Positions 9,295 to 18,594 of a stretch of 64,000 nt of DNA are shown piece after piece. Source of the DNA: a bacterium. Lineage in GTDB: Bacteria; JACRDZ01; JAQUKH01. The position numbers and the translations under genes are program-made. The stretch's first letter is position 1, and each line of letters begins with the position of its first letter. The stretch covers positions 1 through 64,000 of the forward strand of contig JAQUKH010000006.1 in the NCBI GenBank assembly GCA_028719205.1, given 5' to 3'. The notes beneath the pieces are model-generated. The model had not been told where the DNA came from and did no database searches. It saw only the letters and a list, made by a program, of their open reading frames with translations.

Positions 9295-10551
9295 ATGGGA
9301 AAGACAATTGCTGAAAAGATATTCAGTAAAAAAAGCGGGCAGGACGTTCATGCCAAAGACCTGGTTTTGGCTGATGTTGATTTTTGTATGGGGCAGGATG
9401 GGACCTCAAGCATTATCATTGATTCCTTCCGTGAGATGGGGGCAAAAAAAGTTTTTAATCCTAAGAAGATAGCGCTTGTGATAGATCACAGCAGCCCGAG
9501 CCCGAATTTAGGGGTTTCCGCGATCCATAAAAAAATGCGAGATTTCGCGAATGAGTATGGAATTACGCTTTATGATATCGGGTGCGGGGTTTGTCATCAG
9601 CTGCTTCCTGAAAAAGGCCATGTGGTCCCGGGAGACCTTGTTATAGGCGCGGATTCGCATACCTGCAGTTACGGCGCTATTAATGTTTTTTCCACTGGCA
9701 TGGGTTCGACTGATGTGGCAGTCGGGATTATTTCAGGACAAAATTGGTTCAGGGTACCTGAAACCGTAAAGTTTATTTTTAAAAACCAGTTAAAAAAAGG
9801 TGTTTATTCAAAAGATATGGCACTGTTTATTGCCCGCCATGCCGGCGCGGACGGTTTAACTTATATGGCCGCGGAATATACGGGGTCCGCGATCGATAAA
9901 CTTTCCGTGGAAGCGCGGTTTACGATCTGCAACATGGCGATTGAGATCGGGGCAAAGGCCGGAATAATGGAAGCGGACGCGAAGGCTATTAAATGGGTCC
10001 AAAGCAGGACTAATAAAAAATTCACCCCGGTGAAAGCCGACAAAGACGCGGTTTATGCCGATGTAAGGGAATATGACGCGGCCAAGATCGTTCCGCAGGT
10101 AGCCAAACCGCATGCTGTTGATAATGTTGTTGATGCTGCTGATGTTAAGCATATTGAAATTCAACAGGGTTTGATCGGAACCTGCACTAATGGGAGGCTT
10201 GAGGATCTGGAGATAGCGGTATCAATTTTGAAAGGCAAAAAAATAAAAAAAGGCCTTCGGCTTATTATTGCCCCGGCCTCGGCTGAGGTTTTTATTCAGG
10301 CAATGAAAAAAGGGCTGGTACAGACGTTAATGGAATCCGGAGCGGCTTTTGTTACACCCGGATGCGGGCCTTGTGTCGGTACGCATAACGGGGTGCCGTC
10401 GGATGGTGAGCGGGTTATTTCCACGGCAAACCGCAATTTTAAAGGGCGTATGGGAAATCCGAATTCTGAAATATATCTCGCGTCTCCGGCAACGGTCGCC
10501 GCGTCGATGCTGACAGGGAAAATAACGGATCCGAGAAAATTTATTAAATGA
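9295..10551 (+). CDS. Aconitase-family hydro-lyase large subunit (LeuC/HacA/DmdA type)
   Basis: DH, GVCHQ, GADSHTC, IGTCTNGR, PGCGPCVG, STANRNFKGRMG (three Cys ligands for 4Fe-4S). Substrate uncertain. Confidence 0.9.
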   Translation: MGKTIAEKIFSKKSGQDVHAKDLVLADVDFCMGQDGTSSIIIDSFREMGAKKVFNPKKIALVIDHSSPSPNLGVSAIHKKMRDFANEYGITLYDIGCGVCHQLLPEKGHVVPGDLVIGADSHTCSYGAINVFSTGMGSTDVAVGIISGQNWFRVPETVKFIFKNQLKKGVYSKDMALFIARHAGADGLTYMAAEYTGSAIDKLSVEARFTICNMAIEIGAKAGIMEADAKAIKWVQSRTNKKFTPVKADKDAVYADVREYDAAKIVPQVAKPHAVDNVVDAADVKHIEIQQGLIGTCTNGRLEDLEIAVSILKGKKIKKGLRLIIAPASAEVFIQAMKKGLVQTLMESGAAFVTPGCGPCVGTHNGVPSDGERVISTANRNFKGRMGNPNSEIYLASPATVAASMLTGKITDPRKFIK

Positions 10552-10556
10552 TCAAT

Positions 10557-10594
10557 GCCCCCTTGATCCCCCTTTAGGGGGAAGGGGGCGTTTT
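10557..10594 (+). other. GC-rich hairpin between the large- and small-subunit genes
   Basis: GCCCCCTTGATCCCCTTTAGGGGGAAGGGGGCG followed by TTTT. Confidence 0.5.
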
Positions 10595-10610
10595 AATTAC
10601 AGGAGGAATA

Positions 10611-11114
10611 ATGATTGTACAAGGCAAGGCACGCAGATTTAAGCAAGATAACGATATTAACACGGATTATATAATTTCCGGCAGATACAAATTCAAGATC
10701 CAAAATCCGGAGGAATTGGCGCAATATGTTATGGAAGACCTGGACCCGGATTTTAAGAACCGGTATCAAAAAGGAGATTTTATCGTCGCGGGTAAAAATT
10801 TCGGATGCGGTTCATCGAGAGAGCAGGCGCCGCAGGCTATTAAATACGCCAAAATGGGCGCGGTTATAGCAAAATCGTTCGCGAGAATATTTTACCGCAA
10901 CAGTTTCAATATCGGGCTTCTTTTGATCGAATGTGATACGGACCCGATCAAAGAAAATGATGAATTGGTTCTGGACCTCGAAAAAGGCGTTTTGAAAGAT
11001 ATTACGCAAAATATAGATATCATAATTAAACCCCTTCCCGCGGTTATGGCGAAATTACTGGAAGACGGCGGGATCATTAATCATTTCAAGAAACATGGGG
11101 GTTTTAAATTATAA
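10611..11114 (+). CDS. Aconitase-family hydro-lyase small subunit (LeuD/HacB type)
   Basis: DINTDYII, AGKNFGCGSSREQAP, SFARIFYRN. Confidence 0.9.
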   Translation: MIVQGKARRFKQDNDINTDYIISGRYKFKIQNPEELAQYVMEDLDPDFKNRYQKGDFIVAGKNFGCGSSREQAPQAIKYAKMGAVIAKSFARIFYRNSFNIGLLLIECDTDPIKENDELVLDLEKGVLKDITQNIDIIIKPLPAVMAKLLEDGGIINHFKKHGGFKL

Positions 11115-11117
11115 TAA

Positions 11118-11180
11118 TTGTAGGGGCGAACCCGTGTGTTCGCCCAAAAAGAGGGCAGACACATAGGTCTGCTCCTACAA
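11118..11180. repeat. GTAG-type REP doublet (inverted pair)
   Basis: GTAGGGGCGAACCCGTGTGTTCGCCC ... GGGCAGACACATAGGTCTGCTCCTAC; near-identical single copy at 15870. Confidence 0.8.
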
Positions 11181-11199
11181 AAAATGTTATAGGAGAAAA

Positions 11200-12285
11200 A
11201 TGGTTTATAAAACGGTTACATTAATTCCCGGCGACGGGGTTGGTCCTGAGTTGACAGAATTGACAGTAAAATGTATTGAGGCTACAGGTGTGAAGATAGC
11301 TTGGGAGGTTGTGGATGCCGGAGAAAAGGCTTTAAAATTGGAAGGAACGCCGCTTCCAAAAAAAGTGCTGGATTCCATAAGAAAAAATAAAATAGCTTTA
11401 AAAGGCCCGATTACAACACCGGTCGGGACTGGTTTTCGCAGTGTGAATGTAAGTTTGAGGAGGGAGCTTGACCTGTACTCATGCCTTCGGCCGTGCAGGA
11501 CTTATCCGGGTGTCAGGTCGAGATATGATAAAATTGATCTTGTAATTGTCAGGGAGAACACGGAAGACCTGTACGCGGGAATAGAATTCGAACAGGGAAA
11601 AGAAGCCACGGCGGAAATAATAGACCAGATCGACAAATTGAGCGGCTCAAAGATCAGAAAAGATTCAGGGGTGTCGATAAAACCCATATCCATTTTCTGC
11701 ACTGAACGGATCGTTAAATTCGCGTTTGAATACGCCATAAAGAATAACCGTAAAAAGGTTACCGCGGTACATAAGGCGAATATTATGAAATACAGCGACG
11801 GTTTATTCCTTGCTACCGCGCGAAAAGTGGCGGAAAGATATCCGGATATTAAATTTGAGGACAGGATAGTGGATAATATGTGTATGCAGCTGGTGCAGAA
11901 GCCGGAACTTTATGATGTTCTGGTACTGCCGAATTTGTACGGAGATATCATTTCCGATCTATGCGCCGGGCTTATCGGAGGGTTGGGAATAGCCCCGGGC
12001 GCTAATTTTGGGGATGATATGGTTTTGTTTGAACCGGTGCATGGCAGTGCCCCGAAATATAAAGGATTAAACAAGTCAAATCCAACCGCGATGATCTTAT
12101 CCGGGGTGCTTATGCTGAGATATCTGGGAGAAGAAGCAAAGGCTGATAAATTGGAAAACGCGGTCAGTGAGGTGATCAGAGAGGGTAAGACAGTAACTTA
12201 TGATCTGAAAAACAGCCCCGCGGATCCGGGAGTAGCCGGGTCGAAAGAAATGGCAGCTGCCATTATCAGTAAAATAAAAAAATGA
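11200..12285 (+). CDS. icd: Isocitrate dehydrogenase, probably NADP-dependent (beta-decarboxylating dehydrogenase family)
   Basis: [56 protein letters not shown] rather than the IPMDH-type HGSAPDI. Confidence 0.75.
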   Translation: MVYKTVTLIPGDGVGPELTELTVKCIEATGVKIAWEVVDAGEKALKLEGTPLPKKVLDSIRKNKIALKGPITTPVGTGFRSVNVSLRRELDLYSCLRPCRTYPGVRSRYDKIDLVIVRENTEDLYAGIEFEQGKEATAEIIDQIDKLSGSKIRKDSGVSIKPISIFCTERIVKFAFEYAIKNNRKKVTAVHKANIMKYSDGLFLATARKVAERYPDIKFEDRIVDNMCMQLVQKPELYDVLVLPNLYGDIISDLCAGLIGGLGIAPGANFGDDMVLFEPVHGSAPKYKGLNKSNPTAMILSGVLMLRYLGEEAKADKLENAVSEVIREGKTVTYDLKNSPADPGVAGSKEMAAAIISKIKK

Positions 12286-13553
12286 AAAAAACACTGAACG
12301 AAAATATTGATAACGAAATATTGAAAGACGAAAACAGGATAAAAGAAGTTAACAATGAGTTATTTTTTAGAAAAAATAAATTTGAAGCCATACTTTCGAG
12401 TATGGCTGACGGGTTATTTACAATTGATGATAAATTCCGTATAACTTCTTTTAACCGTGCGGCGGAGGAAATAACAGGCTATAAGGAAAAAGAAGTGCTT
12501 GGCAAGCCTTGCAGAGAGATAATTCACGGAGAATTGTGTCATCGTATTTCCTGCGCGCTTAACAGATCCAGAAAAACCGGAAAACCTCATCTTAATGTAA
12601 AGACCTTTATAAAAAGTAAAAAACGCGGCCTTATTTATATCTCGGCCAGTACCTCCGCGTTAAAAGATAAAGACGGGAATTTTATCGGCGGCGTGGAAAC
12701 CTTCCATGATATGACTGAGTTGTATAAGATAGAAGAAGAAAAAAACAGATTGATCATTGAATTGCAAAATATAAATAAAGAGCTGGACCGTTTAAATAAA
12801 ATGAAGTCAGAATTTATTTCCGTAGTATCACATGAATTGAGAACACCGTTAACAGCCATTAAAGGTTATACTGAACTGCTTTTAAGCAGTAAATATGGAA
12901 ATGTTACAAAAGATCAGGGGAAGGTACTGGAAATAGTCGCGAAAAAAGCCAATCAACTGAATAAACTTATTATTCAATTACTGGACCTGTCCAGGATTGA
13001 GCTTGGAAAATTTGAATTGGAAAAAGAACCTTTGATACTGGATAAAATCTTAGAAAGTTCTTTGGAAAATTTTAAAACTATTTTTGAAGAAAAAGAAATA
13101 AAATACAAGGCGAATTTATTGAAAGAGCCTGTTTGGGTGATAGGTAATGAATTAAGATTGATCGAGGTTATGGATAATCTTTTAAGTAACGCGGTGAAAT
13201 TTACCCCGGTTAAAGGCAGGATAGTTATTAATTTCAAAAAATTACAGGGTAAGGTGGAAGTTTCCGTCCAGGATTCAGGGCAGGGTATACCTGAAAATGA
13301 ATTTGAAAATATATTTAACAGTTTTTATCAGATCGATAGTTCTTCCACGCGTAAATATTCCGGCGCGGGCCTTGGGCTTGCTATTGTCAAACATATAATT
13401 GACGGCCATAACGGAAAGATCTGGGTTAAAAGTAAATTAAATAAGGGGAGCACATTCACTTTTACTCTTCCTATAGCTGAAGCAGATAGCGTGCTTAAGA
13501 TAAGAGATATTATCAGGGAAAAAAAGAAAGAATATAAGGAAAATAATAAATGA
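12282..13553 (+). CDS. Cytoplasmic PAS-domain sensor histidine kinase with no adjacent response regulator
   Basis: PAS ([11 protein letters not shown]), H-box SHELRTPL, N-box [11 protein letters not shown] boxes DSGQGI and GAGLGL. ATGA overlaps with both neighbours. Confidence 0.93.
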   Translation: MKKTLNENIDNEILKDENRIKEVNNELFFRKNKFEAILSSMADGLFTIDDKFRITSFNRAAEEITGYKEKEVLGKPCREIIHGELCHRISCALNRSRKTGKPHLNVKTFIKSKKRGLIYISASTSALKDKDGNFIGGVETFHDMTELYKIEEEKNRLIIELQNINKELDRLNKMKSEFISVVSHELRTPLTAIKGYTELLLSSKYGNVTKDQGKVLEIVAKKANQLNKLIIQLLDLSRIELGKFELEKEPLILDKILESSLENFKTIFEEKEIKYKANLLKEPVWVIGNELRLIEVMDNLLSNAVKFTPVKGRIVINFKKLQGKVEVSVQDSGQGIPENEFENIFNSFYQIDSSSTRKYSGAGLGLAIVKHIIDGHNGKIWVKSKLNKGSTFTFTLPIAEADSVLKIRDIIREKKKEYKENNK

Positions 13554-14482
13554 AGAACGGGGTAAAAATAAGTATAATCGGAGCGGGCCAGGTTGGCTCG
13601 AATACAGCTCTTTTTTGTTTGATGAAAGAGTGCGGGGAAAAGATTGTTTTGCTGGATGTTGTTCCCGGAGTTCCTCAGGGGAAAGCTTTGGATCTGAACC
13701 AGTCCGCCATCGCGTTCGGGTTGCGAGGCCGTGTTTATGGAACGAATAATTATGAGGAAACTGCTGCTTCTGATATTGTTGTTGTTACCGCCGGATTTCC
13801 GCGGAAAGAGGGCATGACCCGTCTGGACCTGCTTAAAAAAAACGCGGAGGTAGTTTCGGGAACAGCGGAAAATATAAAAAAATATTCTCCTGAAAGTATT
13901 GTTATCCTGGTCACCAATCCGCTTGATGTAATGTCTTACCTTTTTTATAAAAAGTCAGGATTTCCCAAAAACAAAGTTATGGGAATGGCAGGGATCCTGG
14001 ATACAGCCCGTTTCGATCATTATCTTGAAAAAGAAACGGATACTTTGTCAGATAAGATCAGTTCAATAGTTTTAGGCGTTCATGGTGAAAATATGGTTCC
14101 CATTATTGAAGAAACAAAGGTGGACGGCAAGGCGTTGACAAAAATTATGCGGCAGGATAAAATTGACCAGGTAACCGCGAGCACGCAGCAGGGAGGCGCT
14201 GAAATAATACGCCATTTAAAGACAAGTGCCGCTGTCGCTCCGGCCGCGAGTGTTGTAAAAATGATCGAGGCAATAATTAATGATAAAAAAGATACCTATC
14301 CGGTTTCAGTTCATCTTAACGGAGAATATGGTTATAATGATATTTTTTTAGGCGTGCCGGTTAAATTGGGAAAAAACGGCGTAGAAAAAATAGTTGAATT
14401 AAAATTATCCGGTGAAAGAAAACAGAAGCTGGATAAAGCCGCGGAAGAGGTGAAAAAGGGTATTGAGGATTTGGGAATCTGA
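13550..14482 (+). CDS. mdh: Malate dehydrogenase (LDH-like)
   Basis: IIGAGQVG, TAGFPRKEGMTRLDLL (Arg in the specificity loop indicates MDH), VTNPLD, LDTARF. Confidence 0.9.
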   Translation: MKNGVKISIIGAGQVGSNTALFCLMKECGEKIVLLDVVPGVPQGKALDLNQSAIAFGLRGRVYGTNNYEETAASDIVVVTAGFPRKEGMTRLDLLKKNAEVVSGTAENIKKYSPESIVILVTNPLDVMSYLFYKKSGFPKNKVMGMAGILDTARFDHYLEKETDTLSDKISSIVLGVHGENMVPIIEETKVDGKALTKIMRQDKIDQVTASTQQGGAEIIRHLKTSAAVAPAASVVKMIEAIINDKKDTYPVSVHLNGEYGYNDIFLGVPVKLGKNGVEKIVELKLSGERKQKLDKAAEEVKKGIEDLGI

Positions 14483-14509
14483 TTGTTAATGAATAAGGAG
14501 GAACAAATC

Positions 14510-15034
14510 ATGGGTAAAATTACAGGTAAGAAAATACTTATTGTTATCGCCTCTGACAGGTTCAGGGATGAAGAATATAAACACCCGAGGATAGTTTTAG
14601 AAAAAGAAGGCGCGGAAATTACAGTAGGTTCCTCAAGTCTGAATGTCTCAAATGGGGTAAAAGGTATGGAAAAGGTAAAACCTGATATCCTTTTAAAAGA
14701 TGTATCGACTTCTGATTATGACACGGTTGTCTTTGTGGGCGGCGCGGGCGCGCGGGAATATTTTAATGACCCTGTCGCTCAAAGAATAGCGAAAGAAATG
14801 TTTAATGAAAATAAAATTGTAGGTGCGATCTGTATCGCGCCGGTTATTTTAGCTAACGCGGGACTATTAAAAGGGAAAAAAGCCACAGTATTTTCTTCAG
14901 AGATCGATACGATTAAGGCTAAAGGCGCAAATTATACAGGTAATCCGGTTGAACAGGACGGGAAGATCATTACCGCTATCGGACCTGAGGCGGCATATGA
15001 TTTTGGAAAAAAGATCGTAGAAGCGATAAAATGA
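14510..15034 (+). CDS. DJ-1/PfpI family protein
   Basis: FRDEE, VFVGGAG, GAICIAP nucleophile elbow; SD AAGGAGG. Confidence 0.9.
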   Translation: MGKITGKKILIVIASDRFRDEEYKHPRIVLEKEGAEITVGSSSLNVSNGVKGMEKVKPDILLKDVSTSDYDTVVFVGGAGAREYFNDPVAQRIAKEMFNENKIVGAICIAPVILANAGLLKGKKATVFSSEIDTIKAKGANYTGNPVEQDGKIITAIGPEAAYDFGKKIVEAIK

Positions 15035-15873
15035 GAACAATAAATACAGAACAGATCACAAACGAAGTATCCCGCCTCTGGCAGGACGCGAATTTTTACC
15101 TTGACAAAGATATTATTAATGTAATAAAAAAGAAATTACAGAAAGAAAAAGATCCCAGGGTAAAGGACGCTTTAAGTATAATATTAAATAATGCTGAATT
15201 GGCCCGGAAAGAAAGACGCCCGATATGCCAGGATACAGGGATACCGATAGTTTTTTTAGAGATCGGGCAGGATGTCATGATAAAGGGAGGGGATCTGACA
15301 GACGCTGTTAACCGGGGAATACGTCAGGGTACGGGAAAAGGATCATTGCGGCCATCGGTGGTTAATTGTCCGTTTGACAGGAAAAATACAAATGACAATA
15401 CGCCGGCAGTTATTCATACTGAAATAGTTAAAGGAGATAAATTAAAAATAAGCGTTATGGCAAAAGGGGCAGGGAGCGAAAATTGTTCCCAGACAAAGAT
15501 GCTGCTGCCTACTGACGGTGAAAGAGAGATCGAAAAATTTGTTCTAGAATCAATAAAGTTGGCAAGTTCTAATCCCTGTCCGCCGATAATCGTCGGGTTG
15601 GGTATTGGCGGGACGCTGGAAAAAGCGGTGTATCTTTCAAAAAAAGCACTGCTCGCTCCTTTAAATAAAATAAACCCCGATAAAAAGATCAGGGCGTTGG
15701 AAGAAAATATTATTAAAAAAATAAATAAGCTTAAAATCGGGCCGAACGGGTTTGGCGGCGGAACAACAGTATTAGCTTTGAGGATCGAAAAATTTCCCTG
15801 CCATATCGCAAGCCTGCCCGTGGCGATAAATATCAGCTGCCATGTTCACAGGCACAAAGAAGTTATTTTGTAG
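15031..15873 (+). CDS. Fe-S fumarate hydratase/tartrate dehydratase alpha subunit
   Basis: PICQDTG, KGAGSEN, NPCPP, CHIASLPVA. Confidence 0.9.
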   Translation: MRTINTEQITNEVSRLWQDANFYLDKDIINVIKKKLQKEKDPRVKDALSIILNNAELARKERRPICQDTGIPIVFLEIGQDVMIKGGDLTDAVNRGIRQGTGKGSLRPSVVNCPFDRKNTNDNTPAVIHTEIVKGDKLKISVMAKGAGSENCSQTKMLLPTDGEREIEKFVLESIKLASSNPCPPIIVGLGIGGTLEKAVYLSKKALLAPLNKINPDKKIRALEENIIKKINKLKIGPNGFGGGTTVLALRIEKFPCHIASLPVAINISCHVHRHKEVIL

Positions 15874-15895
15874 GGGCGAACCCATGTGTTCGCCC
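15870..15895 (+). repeat. GTAG-type REP supplying the fumarase alpha stop codon
   Basis: GTAGGGGCGAACCCATGTGTTCGCCC, one mismatch to 11120-11145. Confidence 0.8.
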
Positions 15896-15928
15896 GATTC
15901 ATTTTTATATAAACAGAAAGGAGAAAAT

Positions 15929-16888
15929 ATGGATAGAAATTTAGCATTAGAATTTGTAAGGGTGACAGAGGCGGCAGCGTTAGGGTCCGCGAAATGGATG
16001 GGCCTTGGTAATGAAAAGGCCGCGGATCAGGCCGCGGTAGATTACATGCGCAGGGCTTTTTCAGCGATTAGTTTTGAAGGAACAGTGGTGATCGGGGAAG
16101 GAGAGAGAGATGAAGCTCCGATGCTTTATATCGGAGAAAAGATCGGTAAAGGCGGAGGCCCGAAACTTGATATTGCAATCGATCCTTTGGAGGGGACAAC
16201 ACTGACCGCTCAGGGCAGGGCAAATGCTATATCGGTGGTCGCTGCCGCGCCAAGCGGCCATTTTCTCAACGCGCCTGATACATATATGAAAAAAATTGCC
16301 GTTGGCCCCAATGCCGTGGGAGCCATAGATATTAACGCTTCAGTAAAAGATAATATTAAATCAGTTGCAAAAAAACTGGGACGAGATATAGAAGAGATCA
16401 CGGTAGTTATTCTAGATCGGGAACGCCATGCGGGAATTATTAATGAAGTCAGGGAAGCAGGAGCAAGGATCTGTTTGATCCAGGACGGGGATGTGGCGGC
16501 CGCGGTCGCTACAGCGTTTCCAAGTGATTCAGGGATCGAGATGCTTATAGGTATCGGAGGGGCACCGGAAGGTGTATTGGCCGCAGCGGCATTAAAATGT
16601 TTAGGCGGTGATATGCAGGGGCAGTTGAAACCCAGGAACGAAGAAGAAGTCCAGAGGGCTCACAAGATGGGTATCAAAAATATGGATAAAATATTTACAA
16701 TAAATGAATTAGCCAAAGGTGATGATATTATGTTCGCGGCTACCGGGGTAACTAACGGCTCATTCCTGAAAGGTGTCCGGCTTACGGCAGAGGGAGCAAT
16801 TACCCATTCTATAGTTATGCGTTCTAAAACAGGAACTATTCGTTATATCGAAGCTCATCATAAATTCTCGAGAAAACCGGTCTATTAA
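15929..16888 (+). CDS. glpX: Fructose-1,6-bisphosphatase class II
   Basis: RVTEAAA, VIGEGERDEAPMLYIGE, DPLEGT, APDTYM, GGAPEGV; SD AAGGAG before ATG 15929. Confidence 0.95.
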   Translation: MDRNLALEFVRVTEAAALGSAKWMGLGNEKAADQAAVDYMRRAFSAISFEGTVVIGEGERDEAPMLYIGEKIGKGGGPKLDIAIDPLEGTTLTAQGRANAISVVAAAPSGHFLNAPDTYMKKIAVGPNAVGAIDINASVKDNIKSVAKKLGRDIEEITVVILDRERHAGIINEVREAGARICLIQDGDVAAAVATAFPSDSGIEMLIGIGGAPEGVLAAAALKCLGGDMQGQLKPRNEEEVQRAHKMGIKNMDKIFTINELAKGDDIMFAATGVTNGSFLKGVRLTAEGAITHSIVMRSKTGTIRYIEAHHKFSRKPVY

Positions 16889-16890
16889 AA

Positions 16891-16973
16891 AGCATAATGC
16901 ATGGAGCATAGAGCATGGCGTGTAAGATTGCCTTTAACTCTTTGCTCCATGCGCCATGCACCATGCACTATGC
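16891..16973. repeat. Inverted arrays of degenerate heptamers (GCATGGA/CCATGCA type)
   Basis: gcatggagcatagagcatggcg ... ctccatgcgccatgcaccatgcactatgc. Confidence 0.7.
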
Positions 16974-17722
16974 AAAAATCCTGGCGTTTGTTGCCGCTTG
17001 AAAAAAACAATCCCTATTGGAACATGGCTGTGGATGAGGCTGTCCTTATTTCTCAAAGCAGGGAGAGCCTTGCTCCAACTTTACGTTTTTATACCTGGGA
17101 TCCGCCGAGTGTGTCTTTAGGATATTTTCAGAAGATAACCGAAGAAGACAAAAAAAAATGGAAAAAATTAAAGATCCCTGTCGTACGCAGATTAAGCGGT
17201 GGCAGGGCTGTTTTTCATAATCATGATTTGACTTACAGTTTTATTATCAGAGAGAACCTTAATTTGCTTCCCAAGAATATTAGTGCCTCCTGCAATTTAA
17301 TAGGAGAATGTTTATGCCGGGGGCTAAAATCTTTTGGGATAGATCAAAAATTAACTGAAGTTAACAATACGTTAACATTAAATATTAAAAATAAAAACTG
17401 TTTTAATATTTTTTCCAAGGGTGAAATACTTATTAATAAACGTAAATTGGTCGGGAGCGCTCAGGTCAGGAAAAAAGGCGTTATTTTACAGCATGGGTCA
17501 ATATTAATGAATGATCTGCCTGTCTGGGAAAACACAGATCCATCAAAAATGATAACTCTTAAAGAAATTCTTGGACGGGAAATAAGATCCGAAGAAATTA
17601 TTCCTTTTATAGTTTCCGGATTTGAAAGTGTTTTTAATTCTAAATTTGAGGCCGGCTGTTTAACAGATGAAGAAAAGGTATTAGCAGTAGACTTGGAAAA
17701 CAAATACAAAGAACAACAATAA
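16970..17722 (+). CDS. Lipoate-protein ligase / octanoyltransferase (LplA/LipM family)
   Basis: NMAVDEA, LRFYTW, SLGYFQ, VVRRLSGGRAV, KLVGSAQ, LQHGS. The 23-aa extension in the ORF track is repeat-derived. Confidence 0.88.
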   Translation: MQKSWRLLPLEKNNPYWNMAVDEAVLISQSRESLAPTLRFYTWDPPSVSLGYFQKITEEDKKKWKKLKIPVVRRLSGGRAVFHNHDLTYSFIIRENLNLLPKNISASCNLIGECLCRGLKSFGIDQKLTEVNNTLTLNIKNKNCFNIFSKGEILINKRKLVGSAQVRKKGVILQHGSILMNDLPVWENTDPSKMITLKEILGREIRSEEIIPFIVSGFESVFNSKFEAGCLTDEEKVLAVDLENKYKEQQ

Positions 17723-17723
17723 T

Positions 17724-18575
17724 ATGTCTTCTAATAACAAATGGTTCCTAATTCTATCCTCTCTTATGTTTGCCTTGATGACGATGTTTATCAAGGTGGT
17801 TTCAGGCACTATACCGGCAATTGAACTCCTTTTTTTCCGTTTTCTTGGAGGGGTGATAGGATGCCTATTAATAGATAGATCCTGTTATAAATTTAAAGCC
17901 GAAAATTTCAGCCCGATCTTTTTTAGAAGTTTTTACGGCGTAATAGCGACAATCGCGTTTTTTTACGCCCTGGATTATTCATCGATAAGCCGCGTTACGG
18001 TTTTACATCTTACATATCCGCTTTTTGAAGTTATTTTTTCACATTTCTGGATAAAGGAACGTTCGGAAAAATTTATTTATTTTTCCCTGCCAATATCATT
18101 CCTTGGTGTTTATCTTATTACTAATCCTGAATTGGGGATCAATAAAGGTGATGTTTTAAGCCTTTTGTCAGGAATTTTTGCGGGGCTTGCGATCATCGGT
18201 GTCCGTATTTCAAGGAAAGACGATTCAGCCGCGACAGTTTATTTTTATTTCAGCCTTTTTGGTGTGTTAATTACCGGTATTCCGGCTGTTTATAACTGGG
18301 TAACTCCGCCGGTTTCAAGTTTGATCCCTGTTATCCTTGTAGTTTTATTCGGAGGATTAGGACAGGTTGTTATGTCTTATGCCTATAAGTTTTGCAAGGT
18401 AGGTGAAGGAAGCATTATTTCCCTTCTGCATATTGTTTTCAGCAATATCCTGGGTTTCATGTTTTTAAAAGAAATAATTACCATGCGTCTTTTACTGGGA
18501 GAACTGTTAGTTTTTACCTCGATATTTTTGATCTTTCTGAAAAAGAAGGAAGATAAAGAGTTATATTTAGAATAA
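17724..18575 (+). CDS. DMT/EamA family transporter
   Basis: About 10 TM segments in two EamA-like halves. Confidence 0.85.
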   Translation: MSSNNKWFLILSSLMFALMTMFIKVVSGTIPAIELLFFRFLGGVIGCLLIDRSCYKFKAENFSPIFFRSFYGVIATIAFFYALDYSSISRVTVLHLTYPLFEVIFSHFWIKERSEKFIYFSLPISFLGVYLITNPELGINKGDVLSLLSGIFAGLAIIGVRISRKDDSAATVYFYFSLFGVLITGIPAVYNWVTPPVSSLIPVILVVLFGGLGQVVMSYAYKFCKVGEGSIISLLHIVFSNILGFMFLKEIITMRLLLGELLVFTSIFLIFLKKKEDKELYLE

Positions 18576-18594
18576 AGTATGGTAAAATAAAAAG

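Noticed and set aside
9295-12285. Leucine biosynthesis operon leuCDB
   Set aside because: The dehydrogenase has IDH-type motifs (HGSAPKY), there is no leuA or ilv gene, and the neighbours are mdh and fumarase, so leu gene symbols were withheld.
15842-15928. N-terminal extensions of GlpX and (16901-16969) of the lipoate ligase
   Set aside because: They translate REP or heptamer repeats; downstream ATGs match the family starts.
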